A stretch of DNA of 64,000 bases from Deinococcus sp. GTDB taxonomy: Bacteria > Deinococcota > Deinococci > Deinococcales > Deinococcaceae. Positions 62,747 to 64,000 of this stretch are shown here, piece by piece (position 1 is the first letter of the stretch; every line of letters starts with the position of its first letter). The stretch is taken from the NCBI GenBank assembly GCA_965261005.1, contig OZ253375.1:1600001-1664000 (forward strand), written 5' to 3'. A program made the position numbers and the translations under genes. The notes under the pieces are model-generated. The model was not told where the DNA came from and ran no database searches. It saw only the letters and a program-made list of their open reading frames with translations.

Positions 62747-63499
62747 TTACCCCAGCAGCCCGATTTTCCGCAGGTACGCCGCGCTGGTCGCCACATCTTT
62801 GAAGGGATCGTCGCTCCTGTCCTGCTCAACCAGCAGCCAGGCCGGCTGCAACTCGCGGGCCACGTCCAGCACGCCCCCGAGGTCCACCACGCCCTCGCCC
62901 AGCGCCACGGTCGCCGGCTCGGCGCCGCCCAGCGTCAGGTCCTTGATGTGAACGAGCGGCGTGCGCCCGGCGTAGCGGCGCAGGTAGTCGGGGGCAGACA
63001 CGCCGCCCGCCTGCGCCCAGGCCACGTCCAGCTCCAGCTGCACTCGCGGCGCGGCCGAAAGCAGCGCGTCCAGGGCATATTCATTCCCAACCTTCGACTC
63101 GAACTCGAAGGTGTGGTTGTGGTAGGCCAGCGTCAGGCCACGCGCCGCCGCGCGCTCGGCGAGGCGCTCCAAGCTGGCGAACACCGAGCGCCAGCCCGAC
63201 TCGTCCGCCCGGCGGTCAGGGGCGATCCAGGGGCAGACCAAGCAGGAAGCGCCAAGCGCCAAGGCCAAGTCGGCCTGCTGGTCGAAGTCGGTTTCCAGGG
63301 CGTCCAAACTGATGTGCAGCGAGGCCGTCTCCAAGCCCAGTTCGTCGAGCCTCGCCCTCAGCTCGGCGGGACCCAGACCGCCGTAGTTCCCGGCCAGCTC
63401 GACGCCGGCGTAGCCAAGGTCGGCCACCCGGCGCAGGGTGCCCTCAAAGTCGCGCGCCGCCTCTTGGCGCAGGGTGTAGAGTTGCAGCCCAGTTTTCAT
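62747..63499 (-). CDS. Sugar phosphate isomerase/epimerase (AP endonuclease 2 TIM barrel)
   Basis: GLQLYTLR, GYAGVE, YHNHTFEF, ELDVAW, VHIKD, VEQD. Confidence 0.92.
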   Translation of the reverse strand: MKTGLQLYTLRQEAARDFEGTLRRVADLGYAGVELAGNYGGLGPAELRARLDELGLETASLHISLDALETDFDQQADLALALGASCLVCPWIAPDRRADESGWRSVFASLERLAERAAARGLTLAYHNHTFEFESKVGNEYALDALLSAAPRVQLELDVAWAQAGGVSAPDYLRRYAGRTPLVHIKDLTLGGAEPATVALGEGVVDLGGVLDVARELQPAWLLVEQDRSDDPFKDVATSAAYLRKIGLLG

Positions 63500-64000
63500 C
63501 CCTTCACCTCTTGTTTGACTTCTTCAAAAGTCCCCGCCGGCAAGGGTTCCGGGCGCTCCGGGCGGCTGTGAACCTCCACGGCGCGCCCTTCCCGGGCCGC
63601 CTCCAGCAAGGCGTGCATGCTCTCCAGCACGTGGTAGGCCAGCTCGCCCGAGGCGCGGGGCTGCCCACCTTCCCGAACGGCGCGGGCGAGGTCCGCCAGG
63701 CCCAGCCCCCGGCTGTTCCTGGCGTGCGGACGGCGCAGCGGCACGTCCTGCCAAGCGCCCTCCTTGCCGCGCAGGCGAACCGGGCCGCCGAAGGTGTTGG
63801 GGTCGGGCACGTCCAGCTGGGCCTGCGTGCCGTACAGCTGAATGTCGCTGCGGTCGTGGCGCGGCACGTCGAAGCTGGTGACCAGCGTGGCGAGGGCGCC
63901 AGAGACGAATTCCAGCACGCCCGCCACATGGGTGGGCGTGTTGACGGGAATGGTCTGACCCGCCTTGGGGCCGCTGCCCACCGTCCGCTCGGGAAAGCTG
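63496..64000 (-). CDS. Gfo/Idh/MocA oxidoreductase, C-terminal part (5' end outside window)
   Basis: PTHVAGVLEF.SGA, VPDPNTFGG, NSRGLG, RASGELAYHVLE; ATGA overlap with next gene. Confidence 0.88.
   Translation of the reverse strand, partial: SFPERTVGSGPKAGQTIPVNTPTHVAGVLEFVSGALATLVTSFDVPRHDRSDIQLYGTQAQLDVPDPNTFGGPVRLRGKEGAWQDVPLRRPHARNSRGLGLADLARAVREGGQPRASGELAYHVLESMHALLEAAREGRAVEVHSRPERPEPLPAGTFEEVKQEVKG

Overview
High-GC bacterial chromosomal segment, most consistent with Deinococcaceae: many leaderless genes (TAnnnT 5-8 nt before the start), a Deinococcus-like UvrD, short SecA and HemA, and small non-coding repeats (SNRs). The core genes are secA, tsaD, uppP, uvrD/pcrA, rodA, zapE, a tetrapyrrole cluster (hemC, cobA-hemD, sirC-like, hemA) and the fabH-fabD-fabG-acpP-fabF operon. 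Accessory DNA includes three toxin-antitoxin loci plus a HigA-like remnant, three TetR/oxidoreductase cassettes, a type IV minor-pilin operon, two ricin-lectin lipoproteins and a GT-glf-GH1/RmlD cluster. Most notable observations: (1) a PilX/ComZ-like pilin with a CxxCH heme-c motif directly upstream of heme biosynthesis genes, with a leaderless Cys-containing uORF coupled to hemC; (2) a membrane protein with two PmoC/AmoC-like DxxxH...PxH motifs; (3) a 3-kb island bounded by a 58-bp duplication of the uvrD 3' end; (4) a synonymously AT-recoded tract around uvrD motif III; (5) three sequence-divergent but co-structured 130-139 bp repeats plus an 'empty' fused-end palindrome. No rRNA, tRNA, CRISPR array, integrase or transposase was recognised. 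All calls come from motif recognition by eye; no database searches were run.
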